A stretch of DNA of 64,000 bases from Pseudomonadota bacterium (GCA_041178425.1 JBEGVH010000029.1:51770-115769); one strand, 5' to 3'; shown: positions 28,185 through 37,186, numbered from the stretch's first letter. A program made the numbers and translations. The notes: generated by a model not told the origin, from the sequence alone.

Positions 28185-29488
28185 AAATTAATCGTTCTTG
28201 TCTCAATTAAGTTACAGGTTCCACTCATCTGAGCATAACCTTGAAACACCGATTGACCATCACCACAAGGGCAACCGATCGAACCACCGGGGTTTAATTG
28301 TCCGCTCACTGTATACTGACCTGTCGTTTGAGTGGGGCAAGACGCACTCGCCTGCTCACCACCCTTCCAGCGAGTTTCTGGTCTTTGACAGTTTTTGGTG
28401 CATCTCCACGGTTCTTTTGGATCCGCCCATTCGCAACAGTAGTCCACCATCACCACATAAGAGCATCGCTGACAGACGTAGCTGTTATTCGTCACCGAAC
28501 AATTCACATTGCCAACTCGATAATGAACCGGACACACCACCCAATTATTAATATTAGGGGCCGACAAGGTTTGCTGCGGCGGTGTTGCATTGGCACCTGA
28601 CGACCACGAGATAGAATCAGCACCCACAAACACGCAGGTTCCCGAGGGACGAGGCCCCATAGGTTCAATACCTGTGATATCGTTGAGAGTATTTATTGAG
28701 TAATTAGGCTGGCCACACGTGGCCGTGGGAGTGGGCGGACTGCAGGTCAGTTTAAATGAGTTGGTGTTACTATCGTATTCAATGTTCTGTCCGAGTGTAT
28801 TAGGCGGGCACAAAATCAAATTCGAAGTGGCACACTTAAGATCTCCCGTCTCCGCATCAAAGCCATAGGCAAATTGATTCTGCCCACAGCTTTTACCCTC
28901 CTGCTTTTGCCGACCTCGAAAATAATCCGTGTTTATATAGGCGTTGTAGTTATTTAACGGAATACCATTGTGATTTGTCGTATCAGGCCAGGGAGGGTTT
29001 CCTGCTGCGGCAGGAACACCCAAAACATTGGTCGATAGTTCACTCTCCTTCGAGGTATAGGAAACACGATAGGCCCCCTTCCAGATTCTTGACCCATTCG
29101 GTATTTCTTTGATCGCAACTTCTACCTTTAACAAACAGTCGCTGGCACCACAGGCACAAGGTTTTAAATTATCTTTAAAGCAGGTCGGGGTTCCAACTTG
29201 AGCCATTAGATTAGGTGGCAACGACGTATCAAAGAGCTTCATAGTTGCAACACCCGCAGGAAAATTATTGGCCGTGTTGGCAGGATCGAAGTTTCGGGGG
29301 TTGTTAAGAGCGTCTAAAACTTTTGATTCGACCGTAATCTGCCTCGCAATCATTCGATTCCGAAGACTTGTTTTAAAAACAACTTGAGTCGAAGAAATAA
29401 GACCAAGAATCCCGGCACCGATAACGACGGCTGCCAGCATGACCGAGATGAGAGTGGAGCCTTGATTTTTAGTAAACACTTGTTTCAT
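28181..29488 (-). CDS. Type IV prepilin-like Cys-rich protein
   Basis: KNQG|STLISVMLAAVVIGAGILGL; CGQNQFAYGFDAETGDLKC-type modules; 4-bp overlap with the next gene. Confidence 0.75.
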   Translation of the reverse strand: MKQVFTKNQGSTLISVMLAAVVIGAGILGLISSTQVVFKTSLRNRMIARQITVESKVLDALNNPRNFDPANTANNFPAGVATMKLFDTSLPPNLMAQVGTPTCFKDNLKPCACGASDCLLKVEVAIKEIPNGSRIWKGAYRVSYTSKESELSTNVLGVPAAAGNPPWPDTTNHNGIPLNNYNAYINTDYFRGRQKQEGKSCGQNQFAYGFDAETGDLKCATSNLILCPPNTLGQNIEYDSNTNSFKLTCSPPTPTATCGQPNYSINTLNDITGIEPMGPRPSGTCVFVGADSISWSSGANATPPQQTLSAPNINNWVVCPVHYRVGNVNCSVTNNSYVCQRCSYVVMVDYCCEWADPKEPWRCTKNCQRPETRWKGGEQASASCPTQTTGQYTVSGQLNPGGSIGCPCGDGQSVFQGYAQMSGTCNLIETRTINF

Positions 29489-29525
29489 TAGCTAACACCT
29501 TCTCCAAATGCCCATTTGCCGTTCA

Positions 29526-30338
29526 TCACCTTAGGATCGGACACGCATCTTGGGTAGGAAACAAACCCAAGGTAGCAATCCCATTTCCGCACGAAAAACT
29601 GCCAAACTTTGGTTTTGGATCGCCAAAGGTAATCGGCGAACAACTTGCCACAAAGTTAACAAAATCTATTTTTGTGACCAAACCAAATTGACCTTGAGCA
29701 CAGCTAAAATCGATGTCTTTTCGCAGACCCATCAGTAAAGCCCCCGATATCGTAATGGTATTGGTTCGCTCCGCAATATCATGTTGCCCATCAATGGATT
29801 TTGAGAGCGGAGAAAAAGCCGTTGATACAGTGATATCAACCGACTCGCATTTATTTTGGCCGTTACAGTTGATCTTATAGGTTGTTTTTCTCTGAATGGG
29901 GCAAGAATCACTGGGCCCAGTCACTTGAACATTCCCCGGACACGCAGATCCGTTTTTCATAAAATTTTTGTTAAAATTATACCGATTATTATTGGCGACA
30001 TCAGGGCCCAAAGGGCCCGTTCTCGAGCTACAACCCATGCCTTTAAGATTAAAGCAATCAACGAGCGATTGATCAATGGGTAGTGGGTTATTGGGATCTG
30101 ACTCCATTCGTAAAACACGCCTAATGAGCTTTGAGTTTCGCGCCATTTGCACCCCCGTATTATGGAGGGAGTCAATGTTCGTTTGAGCATTAACATGCGA
30201 CGAGATCTGGTACGAGGAATTGATCGCCTGAAACACAATAGCAAGGAGAACCCCTCCGACCAAGGCGCCAAGAAGAACATTCGTTAGACTCATCCCAGAT
30301 TGATTCACCAACGTACGACGGGTCATCCACTCACTCAT
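29526..30338 (-). CDS. Type IV prepilin-like Cys-rich protein
   Basis: NQSG|MSLTNVLLGALVGGVLLAIVF; Cys-paired globular domain and CAQGQFGLVTKIDFVNFVASC module. Confidence 0.78.
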   Translation of the reverse strand: MSEWMTRRTLVNQSGMSLTNVLLGALVGGVLLAIVFQAINSSYQISSHVNAQTNIDSLHNTGVQMARNSKLIRRVLRMESDPNNPLPIDQSLVDCFNLKGMGCSSRTGPLGPDVANNNRYNFNKNFMKNGSACPGNVQVTGPSDSCPIQRKTTYKINCNGQNKCESVDITVSTAFSPLSKSIDGQHDIAERTNTITISGALLMGLRKDIDFSCAQGQFGLVTKIDFVNFVASCSPITFGDPKPKFGSFSCGNGIATLGLFPTQDACPILR

Positions 30339-30706
30339 TCTTATTTGATGTTATGATCTTATGGTCTCACATTAGATCTGGAGTTCAAGAGGGTTTTTAA
30401 TTTGTGGAGATTCCCTTTTTTAAAGTCTCTATGTGAGGAGTTAATAACATAAAACGAGCACTGATGATCTTCTATGACTCAAAGTGAGCCGTAAGAAAGG
30501 CCGTTTTTGCTAACCTTTCAAGGGCATTTTTCGCATCAACGAATAAGAGTTCAACACTCCAACGCGCCCCTCTGTCCTGCTGGCGACCCCCTTCGACTCT
30601 TGCTCAGTGGTACGATTTTAGCAAATCCTAGCTTGAAGGATTAATAGCTGATTGGCCCGCACCGGGAACAATCGATCAAAACTGGTTCGAAAGAGAAGGC
30701 AACTTC

Positions 30707-31342
30707 ATGTTGAGACTATTCATTACCCTCGGGCTTCTGTTTGTGTCGCACCATTCATGGGGACAGAGCTGTCTCGAAACCCTTCAAGACTGGTCCCCAC
30801 CAGCTTGGTTGGGAGAATACCAACAATCCGAATCCCACGAACCAAGACACTTTCTTGGCGAGGGATATATGGGTGGCCCTGTTTACTTGATGAAGAGAGG
30901 CGAGGAGCAGTACCTCATCAAACACTATAAAAGAAAACAATCTCTCGATAATGATATTGCCGCCTGGGATTTACTACGGGAGCTCCTTAAAGATGATCCT
31001 CGTTATCTAATTCCGAAATTCGAACGCCTCGATGATCTCACTTTAGAAATGTCTTATATTCCCACCACTGATTTAAAACGATTGAATGAAACCGAAAAAG
31101 ACTCTCCTCGTGTTAAACATTGGAACGAGACTTATCATGATCTGATAACGACGATCAGAGAAAAAAACCGCGATTACAGCTTCTACACTTCATTCCGGCC
31201 CCACTACATGGCAAGTTTACATATGCTCGAGGTGAAAAAATACTTTGGCCCTGCTCAGTCCATCACTCTGTTACTAAAAGCCGACAATGTGGCGCCGGTT
31301 CCTGGAAATAAAAACCAGATTCTGATTTTTGATCCGTTTTAA
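30707..31342 (+). CDS. Secreted protein with a minimal protein-kinase-like fold
   Basis: Signal peptide; FLGEGYMGGPVY, YLIKHY, LEMSYI, LKADNV and ILIFDPF. Confidence 0.6.
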   Translation: MLRLFITLGLLFVSHHSWGQSCLETLQDWSPPAWLGEYQQSESHEPRHFLGEGYMGGPVYLMKRGEEQYLIKHYKRKQSLDNDIAAWDLLRELLKDDPRYLIPKFERLDDLTLEMSYIPTTDLKRLNETEKDSPRVKHWNETYHDLITTIREKNRDYSFYTSFRPHYMASLHMLEVKKYFGPAQSITLLLKADNVAPVPGNKNQILIFDPF

Positions 31343-31375
31343 ATTAACATTGAAAATCAAAGACGGTTCACTTTT

Positions 31376-31747
31376 TCAGCGACGACAAGTCGTTTTTAGT
31401 CCCATCGCAAAATCAAAAGTGACCACGGACTTATTATGTTCAGATCCGTTGTCTTTGATTGGCATTTGAGAGACTTCGGAGCGCCCGTCTCGGCGATTAT
31501 AAAAGGAAACTCGAATAACAATTCCATCGGTCGCGGCACTAAAATTAACTATATCGCCCTTATATTGAAAATCAGAGGAAACTCGGTAGCCAAGATCAAC
31601 GGTTCCACGTGTTAAGAACCGACCCGACGCTGCGTCTGTGACCCGACAGACATAGAGATTTTCACTTGCTAAAGTTTCTGTTGAAAAAAAGAACGATAAT
31701 CCTAAATAGGAAATAAATAATAAGTGACTTACAAAATTTGATTTCAT
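31376..31747 (-). CDS. Hypothetical secreted protein
   Basis: Signal peptide ending TLA; two Cys; GAGG RBS. Confidence 0.6.
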   Translation of the reverse strand: MKSNFVSHLLFISYLGLSFFFSTETLASENLYVCRVTDAASGRFLTRGTVDLGYRVSSDFQYKGDIVNFSAATDGIVIRVSFYNRRDGRSEVSQMPIKDNGSEHNKSVVTFDFAMGLKTTCRR

Positions 31748-31779
31748 GGTGACCTCAATCCTCAGCCCTAGCCAGATTT

Positions 31780-32472
31780 TTATTTATATAAAAAACCTTG
31801 AATTCTTTGAAGGATAATCTTTTTTCTCCCAGCGGTATTTTGTCGATCTGCGATATGGCCTTCCATTGCGTCAAGAAAGTCTGTGCTTTTAAGCCAAGCA
31901 GATAATTCCGTCTTTAATTCCTTTTGAACATCAGTGGGAGCCGATAAAAGATCTTCTGCAATATTTGATCTGCCATCGAATAGCGTGATGATATCTTCAA
32001 TGTCGGTGCTAGATATGAAAGATCCTTCGCCTCGCCCTTTGAATGCTTCAATCTTAGAAGCAATTAGATAAGCGGGCCTGAAGATTTTGATTTTCTGGGG
32101 ACCCAATGTTGCCTCAATGGTGTTTCGGATCGCCGGCTTGTACCACTTATTAGTGAAGCCCAAAATTCTTGCATCGGTGGGCATAACATCTAAGATAAGT
32201 GCGCCTTTCTTATAGCGACAAATTACTTTATCTTCTACGTCTTCAGAGAAGCCCTTTTTTCTTAGTCTTTGAATAATTTCTTCGTACTCAAGTCGTCCGC
32301 TGACTTCGACGATGCAATCAACATCAAAGGTTTCTCTAACTTGGACGACTTCAGGTTCGGTAATGTAAAGTGAAATGGTAGATCCACCGATAAAAACCAG
32401 TTCATCAGCTAATTCACCGAGGGTTTGAACCATTAGTTTTAAGATGTCTAAGTGAATGTCCCTATTTTTCAT
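31780..32472 (-). CDS. Pol-beta-type nucleotidyltransferase (AbiEii-like toxin)
   Basis: LVFIGGSTISLY, RETFDVD, LDVMP, ASKIEAFKGRG and STDIEDI. Confidence 0.8.
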   Translation of the reverse strand: MKNRDIHLDILKLMVQTLGELADELVFIGGSTISLYITEPEVVQVRETFDVDCIVEVSGRLEYEEIIQRLRKKGFSEDVEDKVICRYKKGALILDVMPTDARILGFTNKWYKPAIRNTIEATLGPQKIKIFRPAYLIASKIEAFKGRGEGSFISSTDIEDIITLFDGRSNIAEDLLSAPTDVQKELKTELSAWLKSTDFLDAMEGHIADRQNTAGRKKIILQRIQGFLYK

Positions 32473-32983
32473 TCAAACCCTTTATTAGCTTTTTTAGTTC
32501 GTCTTCAGCGATTTTACGTTCTCTGGCTCGTCCAGCACGGATCATTTCTACTAGACTTGCCATTCTATAAAGAACTTTATCTTCTGAGCAAGCATAAGGA
32601 AGCGAGGGGTAGATGGGTATTAAGGAGATACCTTTTGCTTTTCCTTCTGCATATGGCCACACGAAGGACTCGCCGTCGCTGTGTTTGACATATTTGAAGT
32701 CAGGATTCGAATGCGCAGTAGGAATCCCCAAAGTGGGCGCACCAAGCTGTACAGGATAGAAGTATTTTAATGCATGAACTAGAAGCTCAATGGCCGACTC
32801 TCGAATGACCCTGCCTTCAATACTCAGTAAGTGCGAACCCTTTAGGCGCTTGAGTCCATGGCTGACTTCGGCTTGGCTCAGCTGAAGCTTTTTCGCTAGG
32901 TCCATTTGCAACAGACCGGGCTCTGATAGAAGTTTCATCATCAATAGTACATCTTGTGGTTTTAATCCGACTAAGTTTCTCAT
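32462..32983 (-). CDS. HTH-containing putative antitoxin/regulator (AbiEi-like)
   Basis: LKPQDVLL, HTH DLAKKLQLSQAEVSHGLKRL, GIPTAHS, VWPY and IRAGRARER; overlaps the NTase start. Confidence 0.72.
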   Translation of the reverse strand: MRNLVGLKPQDVLLMMKLLSEPGLLQMDLAKKLQLSQAEVSHGLKRLKGSHLLSIEGRVIRESAIELLVHALKYFYPVQLGAPTLGIPTAHSNPDFKYVKHSDGESFVWPYAEGKAKGISLIPIYPSLPYACSEDKVLYRMASLVEMIRAGRARERKIAEDELKKLIKGLNEK

Positions 32984-33019
32984 GAGCTTATCTTAGCACC
33001 TTTATTATATATTACAAAT

Positions 33020-33040
33020 TGCAATATGCAATATGCAATA
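33020..33040. repeat. Three tandem TGCAATA heptamers in the promoter region of the HTH-NTase pair
   Basis: TGCAATA TGCAATA TGCAATA, about 37 bp upstream of the ATG at 32983. Confidence 0.7.
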
Positions 33041-33078
33041 AATCGGTGATTTTCAGGCAAAACTTTAATGAAATTTAA

Positions 33079-33521
33079 GGCGTCTGCCGTAGGTCGAGGT
33101 TGTATACGTTTTACGGCAAGGCTCGTACGACTTTACGCGATGAACCCCTTCGATCAGAGGCTCTGAGGTGGTGGCAGATAAGTTCCATGTTCTGCGGCTA
33201 GAGAAGCTTTACGAATTTTATCGAATTAAAGGAGTTGTTCGAGCGGTGAAGGCTCTTCATCGGTTAATCAGTCAACTAAAGAAACGGGGCATGTAGTCCT
33301 CATGAGATTAGCGTAGACTCTGGAAACCTGGAGAACTGAAATCCTTGCCTACTTTGCAACGGGACTCACAAATGCGAGAACCGAAGCCTTTAATAAAACT
33401 GCAAAGCTTGAACAAAGGTGGGCTTGCGGGCATAAGAACTACGAAAATTACCGATTAAGAACGCTAAACGCATGTTCTAGAAGAACTTTTTGAAGTGACC
33501 AACAGTAAAAAGAGAAGAACC
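33079..33521 (+). mobile_element. ISL3 family insertion sequence remnant (internally deleted transposase pseudogene plus right end)
   Basis: Manual translation gives YGKARTTLRDEP, VVADKFHVLRL and WRTEILAYF..GLTNARTEAFNKTAKL...NYENYRLR with stops and frameshifts; ends in ...GAGAAGAACC (GGTTCT on the minus strand, a typical ISL3 terminus). Confidence 0.82.
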
Positions 33522-33566
33522 AAAGGTAGAAGTGATATGAGATAGGTGCCAAACGTTAGACAACGT

Positions 33567-33642
33567 TGGCGTCCCCAAGGGGATTCGAACCCCTGCATCC
33601 TCCGTGAAAGGGAGGTGTCCTAGGCCTCTAGACGATGGGGAC
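33567..33642 (-). tRNA. tRNA-Glu (anticodon TTC)
   Basis: GTCCCCATCGTCTAGAGGCCTAGGACA-CCTCCCTTTCACGGAGG...GGTTCGAATCCCCTTGGGGACGCCA, 76 nt. Confidence 0.96.
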
Positions 33643-33655
33643 CTAGATAAAAAAG

Positions 33656-33731
33656 TGGTGACCCGCGATGGGCTCGAACCATCGACCCCATCCTTAAAAG
33701 GGATGTGCTCTACCAACTGAGCTAGCGGGTC
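33656..33731 (-). tRNA. tRNA-Lys (anticodon TTT)
   Basis: GACCCGCTAGCTCAGTTGGTAGAGCA-CATCCCTTTTAAGGATG...GGTTCGAGCCCATCGCGGGTCACCA, 76 nt. Confidence 0.96.
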
Positions 33732-33946
33732 ACGCGAAAGAGATTCGTAATCTAAACGAAATATTTTTTAAGTCAATGAATGAGAAAAATTTTTTTTCAC
33801 ATGATGCCTTGTGATAAATTGCCAATAGTTTCAGCAACTTACAGCGAATCCCAAAATAAGAGTTACTCTTTCTCCAAGATCCAAAGCACGCTATCCTCAG
33901 AAGAGGTCAGAAAAATCCAGATCTCAGCTTCACGAAGGAGCTTGTT

Positions 33947-34666
33947 TTGAGTTCAATTCGCGTTGTTCACACCGCCAATGTTCATTCACTTCAAACGCAC
34001 ACCGATTTGATTCGTGAATTCGTTTTTCAGTGTAAAGACTCTTCGAGTTTTAAATTTCGTGCCGGCCAATTTTTAATGCTCAATCTCACTAATCCTGCCG
34101 GCGGTAAAGATATTCTCCGCGCTTACTCTCTCGCCTCTGGAGAGCAAGACCCTAAACTATTTCGACTCCTTATTAAATATATCCCTCAAGGCATCGCTTC
34201 CGAGTTTTTTTGGAATCTCAAACAGGGAGACGAAATTCGCTTCACCGGTCCTTTTGGTAAATTATTTTTTCCGGAGCCACCAAAAAGTCACCTCTTTTTT
34301 ATGAGCACAGGCTCAGGGCTCGCGCCACATATGAGCTATATAGAAACATTTTTAGAGAAGTATCCCAATAAACAATTCGAATTTTTGATCGGTGTACGAA
34401 CGCAAAACGACTTTTTCATGCAATCTTATTTAGAAGATAAAAAGAGCCGATTCAAAAATTTTAACTTTCAATTTGTTCTTAGCAGGCCCGACGATCAATG
34501 GAGTGGCCGATGCGGATACCTTCAACATCAAATCAACTCCCTGGGTTTTGAAAAATCTGACTGTCAGTTCTTTATTTGCGGCAACGAAGACATGGCCAAA
34601 GACTCAAAGAACTGCCTTCTCGAGCAGGGTCTTTCCGCTGATCAAATCTTTGTGGAAATTTTTTAA
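33947..34666 (+). CDS. FAD/NAD(P)-binding oxidoreductase (ferredoxin reductase-type)
   Basis: FRAGQF, RAYSLAS, GIASEF, GPFG, STGSGLAP and FFICG. Confidence 0.92.
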   Translation: MSSIRVVHTANVHSLQTHTDLIREFVFQCKDSSSFKFRAGQFLMLNLTNPAGGKDILRAYSLASGEQDPKLFRLLIKYIPQGIASEFFWNLKQGDEIRFTGPFGKLFFPEPPKSHLFFMSTGSGLAPHMSYIETFLEKYPNKQFEFLIGVRTQNDFFMQSYLEDKKSRFKNFNFQFVLSRPDDQWSGRCGYLQHQINSLGFEKSDCQFFICGNEDMAKDSKNCLLEQGLSADQIFVEIF

Positions 34667-34735
34667 CACTCCTCCCTCCTTGCAAGGCTAAACCATTTCC
34701 TCTCACAGGCAGCCAAAAGTGTCTCAACTTGAAAC

Positions 34736-34762
34736 TCAAGAATTCTGTTCGAATACCGATAA
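34736..34762 (+). promoter_or_regulatory. Putative sigma-28 (FliA) promoter
   Basis: TCAA-N15-ACCGATAA versus consensus TAAA-N15-GCCGATAA, about 45 bp upstream of ATG 34807. Confidence 0.55.
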
Positions 34763-34806
34763 GAACAGGTAGAGACCTTTAAAGAAAGGAGCCCCAGGTT
34801 TAAACT

Positions 34807-35430
34807 ATGAAAACACTCTGTGCTCGTTTTCTTTATCACATAGTAATAACCTTAAGTGTGCTTTCGACTCTTGCTTGTCAGAGAGGAAAAGTTGAAATGC
34901 AACAGATCTCTATTAGCACCGAGGGACTCGCCTTTAGCGGTATTTTTGCCGACTTTAAAACTCGGTCTATCAATAAATTTAAACTCACGGGCCAATGCCA
35001 ATCTGATATTGTTAAAATATTTTATCGTTTTGATGAGCATCAAGAATGGAAAGAGATCAACTCCAGCAATATTGATTGTGCCAATAGCAACACTTTTAGT
35101 TTTGATTTCGAGTCTGACCTCAAAACAATTCATGAGGCTAGTGGCTACCGGTACGACAAAGAAAAAAAAGGAAAATACCCTATCCTCGAATTTGAGTTTT
35201 ATGGCAGAACCCGAGAATACGCCACCAACAAGGTTAAAATCGGAGTTACTTCACTGATTGAACCCGGCAACCAAGGTTTTACCCCCAGCCCGGAGCAAAT
35301 ACTCGTTAGTGAATCGGCAAAAATAAAAATAAGAGGCAAACTATCGCCCTTTGGGGCGCCGTCATCATCCAATCTTCAATCAGCCTCGTTTAAAATACGC
35401 CAGGGCCAGTTAAGAACCCATAACCAATAA
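34807..35430 (+). CDS. Hypothetical lipoprotein
   Basis: VLSTLAC lipobox; 207 aa. Confidence 0.65.
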   Translation: MKTLCARFLYHIVITLSVLSTLACQRGKVEMQQISISTEGLAFSGIFADFKTRSINKFKLTGQCQSDIVKIFYRFDEHQEWKEINSSNIDCANSNTFSFDFESDLKTIHEASGYRYDKEKKGKYPILEFEFYGRTREYATNKVKIGVTSLIEPGNQGFTPSPEQILVSESAKIKIRGKLSPFGAPSSSNLQSASFKIRQGQLRTHNQ

Positions 35431-35529
35431 AGCTCCTAACCCAGCCCTTAGGCTTAATTAATGACCCGAATGAGGCTTTTACCTGAAAACCGCTCGACCA
35501 TCCGGTAGGGCGACAACTAATATAATTTT

Positions 35530-36525
35530 ATGAGGCTAGACCTAAGAATTGTATTACTCAATGCTGAAAATCTGTTTTTACTGCTCGATGATCAATTGCC
35601 TCCCCACTTTGAAACCCTGAGTGAGTCGGAATGGCAAAAATTTTCGAGTTCAGTTTTTTCAAACAAACCCCTCAGCAAATTGCTAAAATTAAAAAAGCAC
35701 CTCCTCGAAATAGATGCCGATTTAGTTCTCCTCACTGAAGTGGGAGGCGAAGAATCGCTAAAAAATTTCAATCAATTTTTTTTAAATGGCGATTATCGTT
35801 TGGCCCTGATTGAAGGAAACAGTGATCGATCTATTGATGTTGGTTTCTTGATTCATAAGCGCGTTCCGTCCCACTTCAACATTATTTCTAACAAGGACTT
35901 ACCCATCAACTTTTGGTACGCCCACGAGAGGAATATCGAGGGCCAACCAAGTCAAAAATTTTCGAGAGATGTGGCCGAACTTCATCTCTTTGATCGCGAC
36001 ATGAGTCAGCCTTTTCTCATCGCGCTCCTCACTCACCTAAAGTCTCCCTTAGACCCCGAGGGGATTGACCCTATGGGAATTGCGCGAAGAACCGCCGAAT
36101 TTAAGGCGCTTATTGAAATTTACAATAAAGTCCAAAAGCAGTTTCCAAAAACTCCCATTATCGTCTGTGGAGATATGAATGGAAATGCGAGCCGACATGA
36201 CACCGAAAAAGAATTCTTGGGATTTTATGAGGCTACTGATTTAGACGACATTCTCGAGTTGGCAAAAAAACCTGCCGAGGAACGTAACACTTTTTATCCT
36301 CTAAAAAGTGGAACTCTCCTACCCGGCCGCCAAATTGATTTTGCTTTTTTATCAACCAGGGCTCAACGTCTGCTCGAGCTTTCTACAGCTTGCGTTTATC
36401 GTTATGAAATCGCCAATCGAGGTCGACCCTTAGGTCCCCAAACCTACGAAGAAAAGATCAACCTTCCTTCGGATCACTACCCTCTTGTTTTTGAGTTAAA
36501 AGGAATCCCCTTAAAGCCTGAGTAA
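35530..36525 (+). CDS. Endonuclease/exonuclease/phosphatase family protein
   Basis: LNAENLF, LTEV, THLKS, CGDMNG, IDFAF and PSDHYPL. Confidence 0.9.
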   Translation: MRLDLRIVLLNAENLFLLLDDQLPPHFETLSESEWQKFSSSVFSNKPLSKLLKLKKHLLEIDADLVLLTEVGGEESLKNFNQFFLNGDYRLALIEGNSDRSIDVGFLIHKRVPSHFNIISNKDLPINFWYAHERNIEGQPSQKFSRDVAELHLFDRDMSQPFLIALLTHLKSPLDPEGIDPMGIARRTAEFKALIEIYNKVQKQFPKTPIIVCGDMNGNASRHDTEKEFLGFYEATDLDDILELAKKPAEERNTFYPLKSGTLLPGRQIDFAFLSTRAQRLLELSTACVYRYEIANRGRPLGPQTYEEKINLPSDHYPLVFELKGIPLKPE

Positions 36526-36527
36526 AG

Positions 36528-37133
36528 TCAGGGCGACTTCATGGTTCTAAGCCAATGTTCACCGCTGCGCTCATAAACGTAACGATGATGGAGACGCCCT
36601 TCCATACCAAACCAAAACTCTATAAATTCGGGAGAGATACGGTAGCCTCCCCAGTTTTCAGGACATGGGATCTCTTGATCCATAAATTTTTCAGTTACAG
36701 CATCGAGACGCTTTTGTAAAATATCGTAAGACTCAATAATCTCACTCTGCTGAGAAGCCCATGCCCCTAACTGAGACAGCCGTGGTCTTGATTGAAAGTA
36801 GGCCACTGACTCAGCCCGGGTGGTTTTTGTTACTGATCCTTCAATTCGCACTTGCACAGCCAAAGGTTCCCAGTGAAAAACTACCGCCGCACGAGCCGTC
36901 GCATCGAGTTCACGGGCTTTTGTGCTCTGATAGTTAGTGTAAAAAACAAAATCACCTTTTTCAATTTGCTTAAGTAAAACAATTCTTGCATTTGGTCGCC
37001 CACGTTCATCAATGGTTGCAAGAGTCATTGCCGTGGGATCGATTCCTGGATGCTTCTTTGCTTCTTCAAAGAGACGATTAAAATTATCGATTGGACTTTG
37101 ATCAAATTCAAAAAGATCTTTGCTTTCAAACAT
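36528..37133 (-). CDS. pdxH: Pyridoxamine 5'-phosphate oxidase
   Basis: AMTLAT, RIVLLK, FYTNYQSTK, YFQSRPRLSQLGAWASQQS and WGGYRI..IEFW. Confidence 0.95.
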   Translation of the reverse strand: MFESKDLFEFDQSPIDNFNRLFEEAKKHPGIDPTAMTLATIDERGRPNARIVLLKQIEKGDFVFYTNYQSTKARELDATARAAVVFHWEPLAVQVRIEGSVTKTTRAESVAYFQSRPRLSQLGAWASQQSEIIESYDILQKRLDAVTEKFMDQEIPCPENWGGYRISPEFIEFWFGMEGRLHHRYVYERSGEHWLRTMKSP

Positions 37134-37149
37134 ACAAACCCCGAAAACT

Positions 37150-37176
37150 AAAGAGCCAGGTTTCCCTGGCTCTTTT
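37150..37176. terminator. Rho-independent terminator after fkpA
   Basis: AAAGAGCCAGG-TTTC-CCTGGCTCTTT. Confidence 0.7.
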
Positions 37177-37186
37177 TTCGTACTTT

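Noticed and set aside
26580..30338. Diversity-generating retroelement or shufflon acting on the pilin tips
   Set aside because: No reverse transcriptase, recombinase, template/variable repeat pair or inverted crossover sites were seen in the window.
30652..30930. 92-aa ORF
   Set aside because: Alternative frame overlapping the better-supported 30707-31342 gene.
33477..33716. 79-aa ORF
   Set aside because: Spurious translation across tRNA-Lys and tRNA-Glu.
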